This document shows, one piece after another, positions 48,906 through 61,348 of a stretch of 64,000 nt of DNA (its first letter is position 1; each line of letters begins with the position of its first letter). Source of the stretch: Candidatus Omnitrophota bacterium. GTDB lineage: Bacteria; Omnitrophota; Gorgyraeia; Zapsychrales; Zapsychraceae. Position numbers and translations under genes: made by a program. The stretch lies in the NCBI GenBank assembly GCA_029261065.1, contig JAJDCB010000019.1, positions 11,659-75,658 on the forward strand. Direction: 5' to 3'. The notes beneath the pieces are model-generated. The model made no database searches, had not been told where the DNA came from, and saw nothing but the letters and a program-made list of their open reading frames with translations.

Positions 48906-49583
48906 TTATGACTTCGTCCCAACTTCAGGAGCATTCTGTCTTTTTATTTCTTTAATAACTTCACCCTTATAAATCCAGGCTTTAATTCCTAAAACACCAT
49001 ATGTTGTCAACGCTTCGGCAAAACCATAATCTATCTTGGCTCTTAACGTATGCAGAGGTAATTTACCTTCTTGATAAGATTCCTTACGCGCCATTTCAAC
49101 ACCATTTAATCGACCAGAACACTTAATTTTGATTCCCTTCGCACCAGCGTTAATCGTATTTTCAATAGCTCTCTTCATAGCTCTTCGAAAAGCAACACGT
49201 TTAACAAGCTGAAAAGCGACATTTTGTGCAACTAATTGGGCTTCTAACGCTGGATTTTTTATCTCTTCATGTAAAATTTGCAATTCATTTGTATTAATTG
49301 AAATCTTTTCTAATTCATTTTTTAAACGAGATATATCTGCGCCTCTTCGTCCGATGATAACACCTGGTCGCGCTGTATGAATAATCACTTTTGTTTTATC
49401 CGTGGTGCGTTCAATAACAACCTTCGATACAGCTGCTTGTGCATACTTTTTCTTGATGAAGTCTCTAATTTTATAGTCTTCTACAACAAATTTATTGTAT
49501 TCATTCTTATCTGCATACCACACACTACGCCAGTTCTCAATGTAACCGATTCTTAAAATTATTGGACTTACCTTTTGACCCAC
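48906..49583 (-). CDS. rpsC: 30S ribosomal protein S3
   Basis: MGQKVSPIILRIGYIENW; KH domain. Confidence 0.95.
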   Translation of the reverse strand: MGQKVSPIILRIGYIENWRSVWYADKNEYNKFVVEDYKIRDFIKKKYAQAAVSKVVIERTTDKTKVIIHTARPGVIIGRRGADISRLKNELEKISINTNELQILHEEIKNPALEAQLVAQNVAFQLVKRVAFRRAMKRAIENTINAGAKGIKIKCSGRLNGVEMARKESYQEGKLPLHTLRAKIDYGFAEALTTYGVLGIKAWIYKGEVIKEIKRQNAPEVGTKS

Positions 49584-49592
49584 AGAACTCTC

Positions 49593-49928
49593 CTATTTAG
49601 TAATTAAATCTAACTTTATTGTTAAATGCGTTGAACGCTTTAAAATTCCAGTCGCACGACCAAAGGGTGCTGATCGAAATCTTTTCCATACAGAACCTGG
49701 ATCCGCAAAAATTTCTGAAACAAATAATTGTTCTTCTGTCAAACCCTTCGCCTTCGCATTGCTAATGGCTGACTCAAGCACTTTTGAAATGTCTTTAGCA
49801 ACGGCTTTATTCGCGTGCGCTAATATAGCTTGTGAGGTTGGTACGTTCTTTCCCCGAATCAAGTCTATAACCAGCCTAGTTTTTCTAGGTGAAACGCGTA
49901 TATATTTTCCTTTAGCATGTGCAATCAT
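49593..49928 (-). CDS. rplV: 50S ribosomal protein L22
   Basis: MIAHAKGKYIRVSPRKTRLVIDLIRGK. Confidence 0.9.
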   Translation of the reverse strand: MIAHAKGKYIRVSPRKTRLVIDLIRGKNVPTSQAILAHANKAVAKDISKVLESAISNAKAKGLTEEQLFVSEIFADPGSVWKRFRSAPFGRATGILKRSTHLTIKLDLITK

Positions 49929-49937
49929 AATTTTCTA

Positions 49938-50225
49938 CTATGTCTTTTGTGCGGCTTTCTTCGCTTTAACCCCACCATGTTTTCTAAATGTTCGCGTTGG
50001 TGCAAAGTCTCCATATTTATATCCAACCATATTTTCTGTAATAAACACTGGTAAATGTTTTCGACCATTATGAACAGCAATCGTGTAACCTACAATATCT
50101 GGAGCAATCACTGATCGACGTGACCACGTTTTGATAGGTTGCCTGGAACCTGATTTAAGCATACGATCAATCTTCTTTTGAAGCTTTGGTTCTACATATG
50201 GACCTTTTTTTAATGATCTAGCCAT
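49938..50225 (-). CDS. rpsS: 30S ribosomal protein S19
   Basis: [15 protein letters not shown]. Start taken at the ATG at 50225, overlapping the rplB stop by 8 nt (ATGGCTAGA). Confidence 0.9.
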   Translation of the reverse strand: MARSLKKGPYVEPKLQKKIDRMLKSGSRQPIKTWSRRSVIAPDIVGYTIAVHNGRKHLPVFITENMVGYKYGDFAPTRTFRKHGGVKAKKAAQKT

Positions 50226-51066
50226 TCTTTTTTGCACCCCTTCTTCTAACAATATAATTATCTGAATACTTTCTAAGTTTTCTAGTCTTTTTACCCTTTG
50301 TCGGTTTACCCCACGGTGTTACGGGATGAGGATTTCCTTGAGGAGCCTTTCCCTCTCCCCCGCCATGAGGGTGATCAACCGGATTCATAACAACACCACG
50401 TACGTGTCCTCGTCGTCCTAGCCATCTTGATCGCCCTGCTTTTCCTAGTGATTTTGATTCATGCTCTACATTTCCTACTTGTCCCATTGTTGCTCGACAA
50501 TCGATGCTAACCTTTCTAACTTCACTAGATGGCATTCTTAAAAACGCATACAAACCTTCTCGAGCCATTAACTGTGCCGATGATCCCGCTGAACGTGCAA
50601 TTTTTGCACCAGTCCCTGGCTTTAATTCAACATTATGAACAGCAGATCCTAAAGGAATCTTTTTTAAAGGCATACAGTTACCGGCTTTAAATTCGATAGC
50701 ATTCTCTACACTGCTTATGATAATATCTCCTACCTTTAACTCCAATGGAGCAACAATATAAGTTTTCTCACCATCAGTATATTTTAACAATGCAATGCGA
50801 GAACTTCTATTTGGATCATATTCTATGGCTAAAACCTCTGCCTCAACATCAAATCGATTACGTTTAAAATCAATAACACGATACATTCTTTTATGCCCAC
50901 CACCGCGATAACGCGATGTAATACGACCATACATATTACGCCCACCCGTTTTCTTCAAAGGGCGCAATAGAGACTTCTCTGGCTTTGATTTAGTAATTTC
51001 TGCAAAATCAGAGATTGCTGTATGTCTCAACGAACTTGTTGTTGGTTTAAATTTTCTAATACCCAC
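50218..51066 (-). CDS. rplB: 50S ribosomal protein L2
   Basis: 282 aa; [19 protein letters not shown]. Confidence 0.97.
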   Translation of the reverse strand: MGIRKFKPTTSSLRHTAISDFAEITKSKPEKSLLRPLKKTGGRNMYGRITSRYRGGGHKRMYRVIDFKRNRFDVEAEVLAIEYDPNRSSRIALLKYTDGEKTYIVAPLELKVGDIIISSVENAIEFKAGNCMPLKKIPLGSAVHNVELKPGTGAKIARSAGSSAQLMAREGLYAFLRMPSSEVRKVSIDCRATMGQVGNVEHESKSLGKAGRSRWLGRRGHVRGVVMNPVDHPHGGGEGKAPQGNPHPVTPWGKPTKGKKTRKLRKYSDNYIVRRRGAKKNG

Positions 51067-51068
51067 GT

Positions 51069-51347
51069 TTATGTAACCTCAATGCTTTGGCCTTCTTTTA
51101 ATGTAACAACGGCCTTCTTCCAAGGAGTAGTTGGACCCTGTTCTTGTCTGACACGTTTCATTTTACTAGGGACAACACTCGTGTTAACGGCTTGAACTTT
51201 TACTTTGTAAATTTCTTCAACAGCATTTTTTATTTCAATCTTGTTCGCCTTTTTAGCGACATGAAATAAGTACTTTCGATCCATCTGGATCATCGTACCT
51301 TTTTCCGTTCGCACCAAAGTTTGAATAATATCGTAGCAAGTCTTCAT
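51069..51347 (-). CDS. rplW: 50S ribosomal protein L23
   Basis: 92 aa; position between rplD and rplB; [11 protein letters not shown]. Confidence 0.85.
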   Translation of the reverse strand: MKTCYDIIQTLVRTEKGTMIQMDRKYLFHVAKKANKIEIKNAVEEIYKVKVQAVNTSVVPSKMKRVRQEQGPTTPWKKAVVTLKEGQSIEVT

Positions 51348-51967
51348 TAGGATATCCGTTTTAATATATTTTCTAATGCTGTTTTGGTAATTAAAATCTT
51401 TTTATTTCGCATAATATCGTAGGCATTAACGTCTTGGCTTCTTACTTGATTAAATGAACGAATATTTCGTGTAACACGATTAAGTGATGGATCACTTCCA
51501 TCTAACATAGCCAATGTCTTTCCTTTAATCTTTAAATTTTCCAATGCCTTTGCAAATTCTTTTGTTTTTTCAAATGATTTAGAGACATCATCTAGACACA
51601 ACAAGTTTTGGTCTTTAAACTTAACATTTAGACTTTCTTTAAGAGCTGCCATCTTTATCTTTTTAGGAATCGAATATCCAAAATCTCTCGGATGTGGACC
51701 AAAAGTTATACCACCACCACTAAATAAAGGAGAACGATTTGACCCAACACGTGCGCGTCCTGTTCCTTTTTGTCGATAAGGCTTGCGTCCACCACCTCGT
51801 TTATCACCTCTTTCCTTCGTTGAGGCATTACCTTGACGAAGAGAAGCTTGATACATGACAATAGCTTGATGAATCACATCTGTATTGACTGGCTTATTAA
51901 AAATTTCATCTGGCAAATCAATGCTTCCTGTTTCTTTACCATCTATATTATGTACGGGACATTTCAC
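51347..51967 (-). CDS. rplD: 50S ribosomal protein L4
   Basis: 206 aa; RQGNASTKERGDKRGGGRKPYRQKGTGRAR. Confidence 0.9.
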   Translation of the reverse strand: MKCPVHNIDGKETGSIDLPDEIFNKPVNTDVIHQAIVMYQASLRQGNASTKERGDKRGGGRKPYRQKGTGRARVGSNRSPLFSGGGITFGPHPRDFGYSIPKKIKMAALKESLNVKFKDQNLLCLDDVSKSFEKTKEFAKALENLKIKGKTLAMLDGSDPSLNRVTRNIRSFNQVRSQDVNAYDIMRNKKILITKTALENILKRIS

Positions 51968-51968
51968 G

Positions 51969-52694
51969 TTACTTCTTACCTTTCTTATTCTTTACTTTAC
52001 CAGCTGCAGCCTTACTTTGTTTCATCGGATTAACCTTACGAACGACAAACTCTTTCTTATCATCCAACGATTTAAAGGCTTTCTTTCTAGATTTTCTAAT
52101 TGTCACCACACCATATTTCGCGCCAGGAACAGTTCCTTTAATAAGGACAATATTATCTTCAAGAATGACATCCATAATTCTTAAACCTTGATTAGTGACA
52201 TTCTTGTTTCCCATTTGTCCAGGCATGGGTCGCCCTCTTACCGTCCTTGAAGGATCAGCACTTGCTCCAATAGATCCAACACGACGATGATGCATAGAGC
52301 CATGACCAGCAGGACCACCAGACCAATGCCATCTCTTCATCCCCCCTTGGAAACCTTTTCCAATGGAACGTCCAGAGACATCAACGAAATCACCTGGCTG
52401 AAAAAAATCGGCCTTTATTTCTTGACCGACTTCATAGTCTTTATTATCGCTAGAGTTAAATTCTTTGACAATTCTCAAAGGTTTAACATTAATTTTCTTA
52501 AAATAACCAGCTTGCGCGTTATTGGTACCTTTTTCCTTAAGATCACGAAACCCAACTTTAACTTTCATGGGCTCTTCTTTAAGCTCCATAATCGTACATG
52601 GACCCGTTTCGACTAATGTGACAGGAATAAGATTTCCTTCCTTGTCAAATATCTGAGTCATCCCTAATTTTCTACCAATTAAACCACTAATCAT
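51969..52694 (-). CDS. rplC: 50S ribosomal protein L3 (with a ~30-aa Lys-rich C-terminal extension)
   Basis: [17 protein letters not shown]. Confidence 0.9.
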   Translation of the reverse strand: MISGLIGRKLGMTQIFDKEGNLIPVTLVETGPCTIMELKEEPMKVKVGFRDLKEKGTNNAQAGYFKKINVKPLRIVKEFNSSDNKDYEVGQEIKADFFQPGDFVDVSGRSIGKGFQGGMKRWHWSGGPAGHGSMHHRRVGSIGASADPSRTVRGRPMPGQMGNKNVTNQGLRIMDVILEDNIVLIKGTVPGAKYGVVTIRKSRKKAFKSLDDKKEFVVRKVNPMKQSKAAAGKVKNKKGKK

Positions 52695-52706
52695 TTTTGT
52701 TCCTAA

Positions 52707-53009
52707 TTATTGTTTAATCTCAACATCAACACCAGCAGGTAGATTTAATTTTCTTAACGCCTCTACCGTTTTTGCTGTTGGTTCGATAAGATCAATCAAT
52801 CTTTTATGTGTTGCAAGACCAAATTGTTCTCTAGACTTTTTATCAACCATAGGAGATCTCAACACCGTGTATAACTCTTTCTTTGTTGGTAACGGTACCG
52901 GGCCTGAAACTTTGGCTCCTGTACGAATCGCGGTATCAACAATTTCTTGAGCAGATTGATCAATCAACCTGTGGTCAAAAGCCTTTAATTTTATACGTAT
53001 TTTTTGCAT
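52707..53009 (-). CDS. rpsJ: 30S ribosomal protein S10
   Basis: [24 protein letters not shown]. Confidence 0.95.
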   Translation of the reverse strand: MQKIRIKLKAFDHRLIDQSAQEIVDTAIRTGAKVSGPVPLPTKKELYTVLRSPMVDKKSREQFGLATHKRLIDLIEPTAKTVEALRKLNLPAGVDVEIKQ

Positions 53010-53022
53010 TGTTCTCGTCTAA

Positions 53023-54216
53023 TTATTCGATAATATCGTGAATAACACCAGCACCAACTGTTCGGCCACCTTCACGGATAGCAAAACGCAATTCTTTTTC
53101 AATCGCGATTGGCACTATGAGCTCCACTTCAAGTTCTACGTTATCACCTGGCATACACATCTCGACCCCTTCAGGAAGAGCTGCCGTTCCGGTAACGTCC
53201 GTTGTTCTAAAATAAAACTGAGGCCTATATCCTTTAAAGAATGGTGTGTGACGTCCGCCCTCTTCTTTTGTAAGAATATAAGCTTTCGCTTTAAATTTTG
53301 TATGCGGCTTGATACTTCCGTTAGCGGCAAGTACTTGCCCTCTTTCAATACCTTCTTTATCGACACCGCGAAGAAGCAAACCAACGTTATCACCCGCTTG
53401 ACCCTGGTCTAGTTCTTTACGAAACATTTCAACTCCAGTAACAACTGTCTTACCTACATCCTTTGTAATACCAACAATCTCAACTTCTTCACCAACCTTA
53501 ACGATACCTCTTTCAATACGTCCCGTCGCAACCGTTCCGCGACCAGAAATAGAGAAAACGTCTTCAATAGCCATAAGAAACGGTTTATCAAGTTCTCGTG
53601 GTGGTTCAGGGATATATGCGTCAACAGCCTCCATTAAATCAAGAATAGGCTTAACTTTTGCATCATCTCCTGGATTGTTTAATGCTTCTAGAGCACTTCC
53701 TCTAATAATGGGTGTTTTATCACCATCAAATTCATATTTTGATAATAATTCTCTCAACTCTAACTCAACCAAATCTAATAATTCTTCATCATCAACTTGG
53801 TCACATTTGTTCATAAAGACAACCATAGAAGGAACATTTACCTGACGCGCTAACAATATATGCTCTTTTGTTTGAGGCATAGCTCCATCAGCTGCAGATA
53901 CACAAAGAATAGCACCGTCCATTTGAGCTGCACCCGTAATCATATTTTTGATGTAGTCAGCGTGACCAGGACAATCAATATGCGCATAATGTCTATTATT
54001 TGTTTCATATTCAAGGTGAGCGATGTTGATTGTAACCCCACGCTCTTTTTCTTCAGGGGCATTGTCAATTTGATCATAACCTCTTGCTTCGGCTTGACCT
54101 GTTTTCGCTAGAATAGTTGTAATAGCCGCACTAAGCGTCGTTTTACCATGGTCAACATGTCCAATAGTTCCAACGTTTAAATGTGGTTTATTTCTTACAA
54201 ACTTTTCTTTAGCCAT
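53023..54216 (-). CDS. tuf: elongation factor Tu
   Basis: 397 aa; [10 protein letters not shown] with DCPGH and NKCD. Confidence 0.98.
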   Translation of the reverse strand: MAKEKFVRNKPHLNVGTIGHVDHGKTTLSAAITTILAKTGQAEARGYDQIDNAPEEKERGVTINIAHLEYETNNRHYAHIDCPGHADYIKNMITGAAQMDGAILCVSAADGAMPQTKEHILLARQVNVPSMVVFMNKCDQVDDEELLDLVELELRELLSKYEFDGDKTPIIRGSALEALNNPGDDAKVKPILDLMEAVDAYIPEPPRELDKPFLMAIEDVFSISGRGTVATGRIERGIVKVGEEVEIVGITKDVGKTVVTGVEMFRKELDQGQAGDNVGLLLRGVDKEGIERGQVLAANGSIKPHTKFKAKAYILTKEEGGRHTPFFKGYRPQFYFRTTDVTGTAALPEGVEMCMPGDNVELEVELIVPIAIEKELRFAIREGGRTVGAGVIHDIIE

Positions 54217-54254
54217 GATATTTTCTCCTTATTTCTATAATTAGATCTAGCAAA

Positions 54255-56354
54255 TTATTTCTTTTTACCTGAAACAGTTTCTCTTTCCCCAATAATCTTA
54301 TCAGCAATATATTTAGGGACTATATCATAAAAGGCCGGCTCCATTGAAAATGAGGCACGGCCTTGAGTTAATGAACGAAGGGCATTTGCATAATTAAACA
54401 TCTCTGATAATGGAACCTCACAGCGAGCTGTTTTTAAATTTGCCCTCGATCCAAGCTCGACAATTTTTGCTCGTCGAGTGTTAAGATCACCAAGTACAGC
54501 ACCCATAAATTCTTCTGGAGCTGCTAATTCTATATCCATAATCGGTTCAATAAAAACGGATTTGGCTGCTACTAAACCTTCTTTAAGCGCCATCTTGGCT
54601 GCAATCTGAAAAGCGATGTCGCTGGAATCCACATCGTGATAAGTTCCATCAACAAGCGTAACAGTATAATCAGTTGAAGGATAACTGGCAAGAACACCTG
54701 TTAAAGCACCAGCGCGAATCCCTTTCTCTACAGAAGAAATAAATTCACGAGGAATTGACCCACCCTTAATTTTATCAACAAAGACAACACCAGCACCTCT
54801 TTCTTCCGCAGGCATAATATCAATGACAACGTGACCATATTGACCACGACCACCGGTCTGAGAAATAAATTTTCCAACTATATTTTTGACAGGCTGAGTA
54901 ATTGTTTCCTTATACGCAACTTGTGGACGACCAATATCACAATCCAAATTAAACTCTCGCTTCATTCGGTCAATGATAATCTCTAAATGTAACTCACCCA
55001 TTCCGGAAATAATAGTTTGAGCGGTTTCATGATCGTAATTAACTCTAAGGGAAGGATCTTCGTCAAGGAACTTTCGAAGGGTTAAACCTAATTTATCTTG
55101 ATCGGCTTTTGTTTTGGGTTCGATGGACATCGAGACAACCGGTTCAGGAATTTTCATATTCTCAAGGACAATCTTGTTATCTGCATCGCAAACGGTACTA
55201 CCTGACTTCGCTTCTTTTAAACCGACAAGGGCAACAATTTCACCAGCTGATACTGTTGGAACAATTTCTTGTTTGTTGGAATGCATAACGACTATTTTTG
55301 ATAGTCTTTCTTTTTTCTGTTCAGAAGAATTATAAACTTGCTCACCAGCATTTAACGTCCCCGAATAAACACGTGTGTAAAATAACTTTCCTACATAAGG
55401 ATCAGTTGCTACTTTAAAAACCAAACCACTAAATGGAGCATCTGGATCTGTTGCTCTTGTTATTTCATCACCCGTAGCAGGATCCAATCCAGTTATAGGA
55501 GGAACGTCTAAAGGAGATGGTAAATAATCTGTGACCGCATTGAGGACAAGTTGTACGCCCTTGTTTCTTAATGCTGTTCCACACAATACAGGCAAAAATT
55601 TAGCTGCTATGACAGCACGTCTAATAGCAGCTTTAAGCTCTTCAACCGTAATTTCTTTTTCTTCTAAAAACTTTTCCATAATCGAATCATCCGCGTCAGA
55701 AAGCCTTTCAATCAATGTATGACGCATTTCTTCAGCTTTTTCTTTTAAATCAGCAGGGATATCTAGAATTTCTATTTGTTCACCTTTATCATCTTTATAT
55801 AAGTGGTACTTCATTGTAATCAAATCGACGATACCTTCAAAATGTTCTTCATGAGCATTAGGCATTTGAATGGCCGCTGCGTTTGCCCCTAAACGATCCA
55901 GTATTTCACCCAAAACTCTATCAAAACTTGCCCCCAAACGATCTAATTTGTTGATAAACGCAAGACGTGGCACACCATAACGATCGGCTTGTCTCCAAAC
56001 CGTTTCTGTTTGCGACTGAACACCACTTGTTGCGCACAACACAACCACAGCTCCATCTAATACCTTTAAAGATCTTTCAACCTCAATTGTAAAGTCAACG
56101 TGCCCAGGGGTATCGATAATATTTAACTGCTTATCATTCCAAGAACAAGTCGTGTTCGCTGAGGTGATTGTAATACCTCTTTCTTGTTCCTGAGCCATCC
56201 AATCCATAGTCGCGTTACCTTCATCTACAGTTCCCATTTTATGAATAACACCTGCATAAAAAAGAATACGCTCTGTCGTTGTCGTTTTGCCAGCATCAAT
56301 ATGAGCTATAATACCGAAATTTCTGAAATCTTTTAGTGGGACTTTCTCTGCCAT
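54255..56354 (-). CDS. fusA: elongation factor G
   Basis: 699 aa; AHIDAGKTTTTE with DTPGH and NKLD. Confidence 0.98.
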   Translation of the reverse strand: MAEKVPLKDFRNFGIIAHIDAGKTTTTERILFYAGVIHKMGTVDEGNATMDWMAQEQERGITITSANTTCSWNDKQLNIIDTPGHVDFTIEVERSLKVLDGAVVVLCATSGVQSQTETVWRQADRYGVPRLAFINKLDRLGASFDRVLGEILDRLGANAAAIQMPNAHEEHFEGIVDLITMKYHLYKDDKGEQIEILDIPADLKEKAEEMRHTLIERLSDADDSIMEKFLEEKEITVEELKAAIRRAVIAAKFLPVLCGTALRNKGVQLVLNAVTDYLPSPLDVPPITGLDPATGDEITRATDPDAPFSGLVFKVATDPYVGKLFYTRVYSGTLNAGEQVYNSSEQKKERLSKIVVMHSNKQEIVPTVSAGEIVALVGLKEAKSGSTVCDADNKIVLENMKIPEPVVSMSIEPKTKADQDKLGLTLRKFLDEDPSLRVNYDHETAQTIISGMGELHLEIIIDRMKREFNLDCDIGRPQVAYKETITQPVKNIVGKFISQTGGRGQYGHVVIDIMPAEERGAGVVFVDKIKGGSIPREFISSVEKGIRAGALTGVLASYPSTDYTVTLVDGTYHDVDSSDIAFQIAAKMALKEGLVAAKSVFIEPIMDIELAAPEEFMGAVLGDLNTRRAKIVELGSRANLKTARCEVPLSEMFNYANALRSLTQGRASFSMEPAFYDIVPKYIADKIIGERETVSGKKK

Positions 56355-56424
56355 TTTTTCCTTTTATGTAACGATGCCCCTATCGGTCCTTTCTCTTATA
56401 TAAGGAGATACGGGGCTTGTAGTA

Positions 56425-56895
56425 TTACCATCTTAAATGAGCAAACGCCTTATTGGAGTCTGCCATTTTATGTGTGTCATCTCTCTTTTTAACAGCGGCA
56501 CCTTCACCTTTATAGGCCGCTAATAATTCATCTGCCAACTTAATTTTCATGGGCCGCCCTTTTTTCTTCTGGGCGATATCTCTAATCCATCGAATAGCTA
56601 ATGAATTTCCTCTTGAAGCAGGCACTTCGATAGGAACTTGATATGTAGCACCACCGACTCTTCTTGCCTTTACCTCTAACTTTGGTCGAACATTATCAAT
56701 AGCTTTATTAAATATCTTAACACCATTGGCATCAGTTACTTTTTGTTCAAGTAAATCAAAAGCTCCGTAAACAATACCTTCTGCCACACTCTTTTTTCCT
56801 GCTATCATCAAACTATTAATAAATCGCGTTACTAATTTGCTGTTATATTTTGGATCTGCAATCGGCTCTCTTTTTTCTGCTTTTCTTCTTCTCAT
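56425..56895 (-). CDS. rpsG: 30S ribosomal protein S7
   Basis: 156 aa, canonical. Confidence 0.95.
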   Translation of the reverse strand: MRRRKAEKREPIADPKYNSKLVTRFINSLMIAGKKSVAEGIVYGAFDLLEQKVTDANGVKIFNKAIDNVRPKLEVKARRVGGATYQVPIEVPASRGNSLAIRWIRDIAQKKKGRPMKIKLADELLAAYKGEGAAVKKRDDTHKMADSNKAFAHLRW

Positions 56896-56900
56896 CTTTG

Positions 56901-57281
56901 TTATGCCTTAGATTCTTCCCTTTTCGCCCCATATTTTGATCTAGATTTCTTTCGTTTCGCAACCCCAGAAGTATCCAATGTTCCTCGTACAATATGATAA
57001 CGAACACCTGGAAGATCTTTGACTCGGCCACCTCGAACAAGAACAATAGAATGTTCCTGCAAGTTATGACCTTCACCGGGAATATATGATGTCACTTCAA
57101 ATTTGTTTGACAATCTTACTCTTGCAATTTTACGTAATGCCGAATTTGGTTTCTTTGGCGTCATTGTTTTAACTTGCAAACAAACACCTCGACGGAAAGG
57201 ACAATTCATTAACGCAGGTGAATTTCCTTTTTTACTTTTTTGTACTCTTCTTTTACGAATCAGTTGTTGTATCGTCGGCAT
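56901..57281 (-). CDS. rpsL: 30S ribosomal protein S12
   Basis: [12 protein letters not shown]...[11 protein letters not shown]. Confidence 0.95.
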   Translation of the reverse strand: MPTIQQLIRKRRVQKSKKGNSPALMNCPFRRGVCLQVKTMTPKKPNSALRKIARVRLSNKFEVTSYIPGEGHNLQEHSIVLVRGGRVKDLPGVRYHIVRGTLDTSGVAKRKKSRSKYGAKREESKA

Positions 57282-60200
57282 ATTTCACCATTTCTATGTT
57301 TTCGTATTTGTTTAAACCAGTTCCAGCTGGAATCAAATGACCTACAATTACGTTCTCTTTTAGTCCCGAAAGAACGTCGATCTTACCAGATGAAGCTGCT
57401 TCTGTCAACACCCTTGTTGTCTCTTGGAAACTCGCTGCAGAGATAAAACTCTCCGTCGTCAAAGAGACTTTTGTAATACCCAATAATAGCGGTGTTGCTT
57501 GAGCGGGCTTTCCTTTTTTAGCTAAAACTTTTTCGTTTGCTTTCTTAAAAACAATCCGGTCAATTTGCTCTCCAATTAAAAGATCAGTATCCCCTGAATC
57601 TTCAATCTTAACCTTCTTTAACATTTGAGATATAATCAACTCAATATGCTTATCGTTAATACGAACACCCTGCAAACGATAAACTTCTTGAACTTCATTT
57701 AGCAAATACTCTTGTAATACTTTATCCCCACAAACACGTAAAATGTCATGAGGAACAACAGGTCCATCCGTTAATTGCTGACCAGCATAAACCCTATCAT
57801 TCTTATAAACATTTGGATGTTTACCATGAGGAATGGTGTATTCAGCACTCATACCCGTTGAACTTTTTACAACAATAGAGCGCCGACCTTTCTTATCTTC
57901 ACCAAATTCAACAACACCATCAATCTCACTAATAACAGCAGGATCTTTTGGTTTTCGTGCTTCAAATAATTCCGCAACGCGTGGAAGACCACCCGTAATG
58001 TCTCTCGTCTTTCCAGCTCCACGAGGAATCTTTGCAATAAGATCTCCTGCATTAATTTGTTGTTTATCTTGGACAAGAATGTGAGCACCAATTGGAATAG
58101 AATAAATCCCGACAACCTCACCCTTATCATCTGAGATAATAATTTGTGGATGGAATTCTTGCTTATGCTCAACAACAACACGTTCAACAACACCTGTCAC
58201 AGCATTCTTTTCTTCTTGAACCGTTACGTCATTAATAATATCTTCAGAAGTAACAACACCACGAACCTCTGTAATAATAGGCACCGTATACGGATCCCAA
58301 GTAACGAAAATAGAATCTTTCTTAACGGTCTCACCATCTGTTATTTTTATACTAGCACCTTGAGGTAATTGGTAACGTTCAAACTCACGGCCGTATTCAT
58401 TATTAATACTTATTGATCCATTTCGATTAAGAACAATAAACTCATTTCCCTTGGCAACAACACGTAATTGATGATACTTAATCGTTCCTGAATTTTTAGC
58501 TTTATAAAATGATTGTTCGATAGCTCGACTGGCTGTACCACCAATATGAAAAGTACGCATTGTTAACTGCGTGCCTGGCTCACCAATACTTTGAGCCGCA
58601 ATCGTTCCCACAGCTTCACCGATTTCAACCATTCGCTGTGTTGCTAAATTTCTTCCATAACATTTTCCACAAAGACCCCTCTCTGACTCACAAGTAAGAA
58701 CACTTCGAATACGAACTTTCTCAATACCCAAATGCTCAATAAGCTCCGACTTCTCCTCGGTAATGATGTCTCCAGCTTCAACAACACGTTGATCTGTAAC
58801 AATATCAACAATACTGTCTAAAGCCACTCGACCAGTAATTCTTTCTTTTAAACTTACAACAAGCTCATCACCTTCAATAATAGCTGCTACTGTAATACCA
58901 TTTAATGTTCCACAATCAAGACCTGTAACAACAAGCTCTTGAGCAACATCAACTAAACGACGCGTTAAATAACCAGCGTCAGCTGTTTTAAGAGCAGTAT
59001 CCGCAAGTCCCTTTCTCGCACCATGCGTTGAAATAAAATATTCCAAAACCGTTAACCCTTCACGAAAACTTGCTGTGATCGGATTTTCAATAATTTCTCC
59101 CGATGGTTTAGCCATCAATCCACGCATACCTGACAACTGACGAATCTGTAATCGTGAACCACGAGCACCAGAATCGGCCATAATAAAAACAGGATTAAAC
59201 GGATCCATATGCGTAAAGACTAAGTCGGACAACGTTTCTGTTGTGTGCGTCCATACGTCAATAATTTTGTTATATCTTTCTCGACCAGTAATAATCCCTT
59301 TTCGATACTGATCTTCAACCTTTGCAACTTCTTGTTTAGATGTTTTAAGAATATCTTTCTTTTGTTCCGGAACAGTCATATCGCAAATACCAATCGATAT
59401 ACCAGCTAATGTTGCTTGTGCAAAGCCCATATCTTTTAAATCATCTAATAGCTGAATAGTCTTTGCTTGCCCGAAACGTTTATAACAATCGGAGATAACC
59501 ATTCCAATTTTCTTTTTATCAAGTAAATCGTTTACAAAACCAAATTTTTCTGGAAGCAACTCATTTAATAAAACGCGACCGACTATCGTTTCAATAATCT
59601 TTGGTTTTACAACGCCATCTTCATCTTCTTCAACACCACCAACATTAAGTGCTTTTTCTTGAGAAATAATCAAAGAAGGCTTATCTTCTCCCCAGACATG
59701 GTGATGAATTCTTAACTTAATTCTTTTATGTAAATCAATAAATCCATCATTGTAGGCAATGAGCACTTCATCTGAAGATGCATAAACGCGATCCTCATCT
59801 GAAGGATTCGTACTTTCTTTCGTCATATAATAAAGACCCAAAACCACATCCTGTGAAGGAGATATAACGGGTCGCCCGTCGGCAGGTGAAAATAAATTGT
59901 TAACGGACAATAATTCTAAGCGACATTCAATTTGCGCTTCAAGTGAAAGAGGAACATGAACAGCCATTTGATCCCCATCGAAATCTGCATTAAAAGCGGC
60001 ACAAACAAGAGGATGAAGCTTAATAGCCTTACCTTCAATCAATACTGGAAAAAAGGCTTGTATACTTAAACGATGCAGAGTTGGCGCTCGATTAAGCATA
60101 ATCGGATGATCTTTAATAACTTCTTCTAAGATATCCCAAACCTCAGTCTTTGCTCTTTCAACCATACGCTTTGCACCTTTAATCGTATGGACAAAACCTT

Positions 60201-61347
60201 TTTCACGGAGTTTACGAATAATAAATGGTTCAAATAATTCAAGGGCCATCTTTTTAGGTAAACCACATTGATGAAGTTGTAGAGTAGGACCAACAACAAT
60301 AACGGAACGGCCAGAATAATCGACACGCTTCCCTAACAAATTCATACGAAAACGCCCTTGCTTTCCCTTTAACATATCAGACAAAGACTTTAAAGGACGA
60401 TTTCCCGAACCAAGGACAGGTCGACCATGACGTCCATTATCTAAAAGGGCATCAACGGCTTCTTGCAACATTCGCTTTTCATTCCTACAAATAATTTCAG
60501 GGGCTTTAAGATCCATCAATTTCTTTAAACGATTATTTCGATTAATAACACGTCGATAAAGATCGTTTAAATCTGAAGTCGCAAAGCGTCCACCCTCTAG
60601 AGGAACTAAAGGTCTAAGGTCTGGTGGAATAACAGGCAATACATCTAGAACCATCCATTCAGCTTTGTTAGGAGACATTTTAAAATCGTCAACGATTTTT
60701 AGTGTCTTAGCAATTTTCTTGGCATTTGTTCCCGCAGGATTTGCCTTTTCTAAATCTTTTCTTAATTTTTTACACAACGCCCCTAAATCAATATCTTTTA
60801 AAATTTCACGAATAGCATCAGCACCAATTTTTGCCTTAAAACCACCACCATATTTAACTAAGGCTTCCTGATATTCATCTTCCGAAAGAAACTGCCGATC
60901 TTTCAATGATGTTTCACCTGGATCAATAACAATATATTCTTCGTAATAAATAAGTTTTTCTAAATCTCGCAATCCAATCTGAAGCAATGCAGCTAATCGT
61001 GATGGAACAGCTTTGTAAAACCAAATATGCGTAACGGCACATGCTAATTCAATGTTACCCATTCTTTCTCGACGAACAGAAGATCTCGTAACCAAAACAC
61101 CACAACGATCACAGACAATACCTTTAAACTTGATCCCTTTATATTTTCCACAATTACATTCCCAATCCCTAACAGGACCAAAAATCTTTTCACAAAAAAG
61201 CCCATCCTTCTCAGGCTTCAACGTTCTGTAATTAAGCGTCTCAGCTTTTCGAATAATACCAAATGACCAAGAACGAATGACTTCTGGTGAAGCAATTTGA
61301 ATGGCAACTCTGTCTTTCTCTACATTGTCTTCTTTTTTCTTTATCAT
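57253..61347 (-). CDS. rpoC: DNA-directed RNA polymerase beta' subunit
   Basis: 1364 aa; zinc finger CNCGKYKG...CDRCGV; catalytic NADFDGD. Confidence 0.98.
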   Translation of the reverse strand: MIKKKEDNVEKDRVAIQIASPEVIRSWSFGIIRKAETLNYRTLKPEKDGLFCEKIFGPVRDWECNCGKYKGIKFKGIVCDRCGVLVTRSSVRRERMGNIELACAVTHIWFYKAVPSRLAALLQIGLRDLEKLIYYEEYIVIDPGETSLKDRQFLSEDEYQEALVKYGGGFKAKIGADAIREILKDIDLGALCKKLRKDLEKANPAGTNAKKIAKTLKIVDDFKMSPNKAEWMVLDVLPVIPPDLRPLVPLEGGRFATSDLNDLYRRVINRNNRLKKLMDLKAPEIICRNEKRMLQEAVDALLDNGRHGRPVLGSGNRPLKSLSDMLKGKQGRFRMNLLGKRVDYSGRSVIVVGPTLQLHQCGLPKKMALELFEPFIIRKLREKGFVHTIKGAKRMVERAKTEVWDILEEVIKDHPIMLNRAPTLHRLSIQAFFPVLIEGKAIKLHPLVCAAFNADFDGDQMAVHVPLSLEAQIECRLELLSVNNLFSPADGRPVISPSQDVVLGLYYMTKESTNPSDEDRVYASSDEVLIAYNDGFIDLHKRIKLRIHHHVWGEDKPSLIISQEKALNVGGVEEDEDGVVKPKIIETIVGRVLLNELLPEKFGFVNDLLDKKKIGMVISDCYKRFGQAKTIQLLDDLKDMGFAQATLAGISIGICDMTVPEQKKDILKTSKQEVAKVEDQYRKGIITGRERYNKIIDVWTHTTETLSDLVFTHMDPFNPVFIMADSGARGSRLQIRQLSGMRGLMAKPSGEIIENPITASFREGLTVLEYFISTHGARKGLADTALKTADAGYLTRRLVDVAQELVVTGLDCGTLNGITVAAIIEGDELVVSLKERITGRVALDSIVDIVTDQRVVEAGDIITEEKSELIEHLGIEKVRIRSVLTCESERGLCGKCYGRNLATQRMVEIGEAVGTIAAQSIGEPGTQLTMRTFHIGGTASRAIEQSFYKAKNSGTIKYHQLRVVAKGNEFIVLNRNGSISINNEYGREFERYQLPQGASIKITDGETVKKDSIFVTWDPYTVPIITEVRGVVTSEDIINDVTVQEEKNAVTGVVERVVVEHKQEFHPQIIISDDKGEVVGIYSIPIGAHILVQDKQQINAGDLIAKIPRGAGKTRDITGGLPRVAELFEARKPKDPAVISEIDGVVEFGEDKKGRRSIVVKSSTGMSAEYTIPHGKHPNVYKNDRVYAGQQLTDGPVVPHDILRVCGDKVLQEYLLNEVQEVYRLQGVRINDKHIELIISQMLKKVKIEDSGDTDLLIGEQIDRIVFKKANEKVLAKKGKPAQATPLLLGITKVSLTTESFISAASFQETTRVLTEAASSGKIDVLSGLKENVIVGHLIPAGTGLNKYENIEMVKYADDTTTDS

Positions 61348-61348
61348 A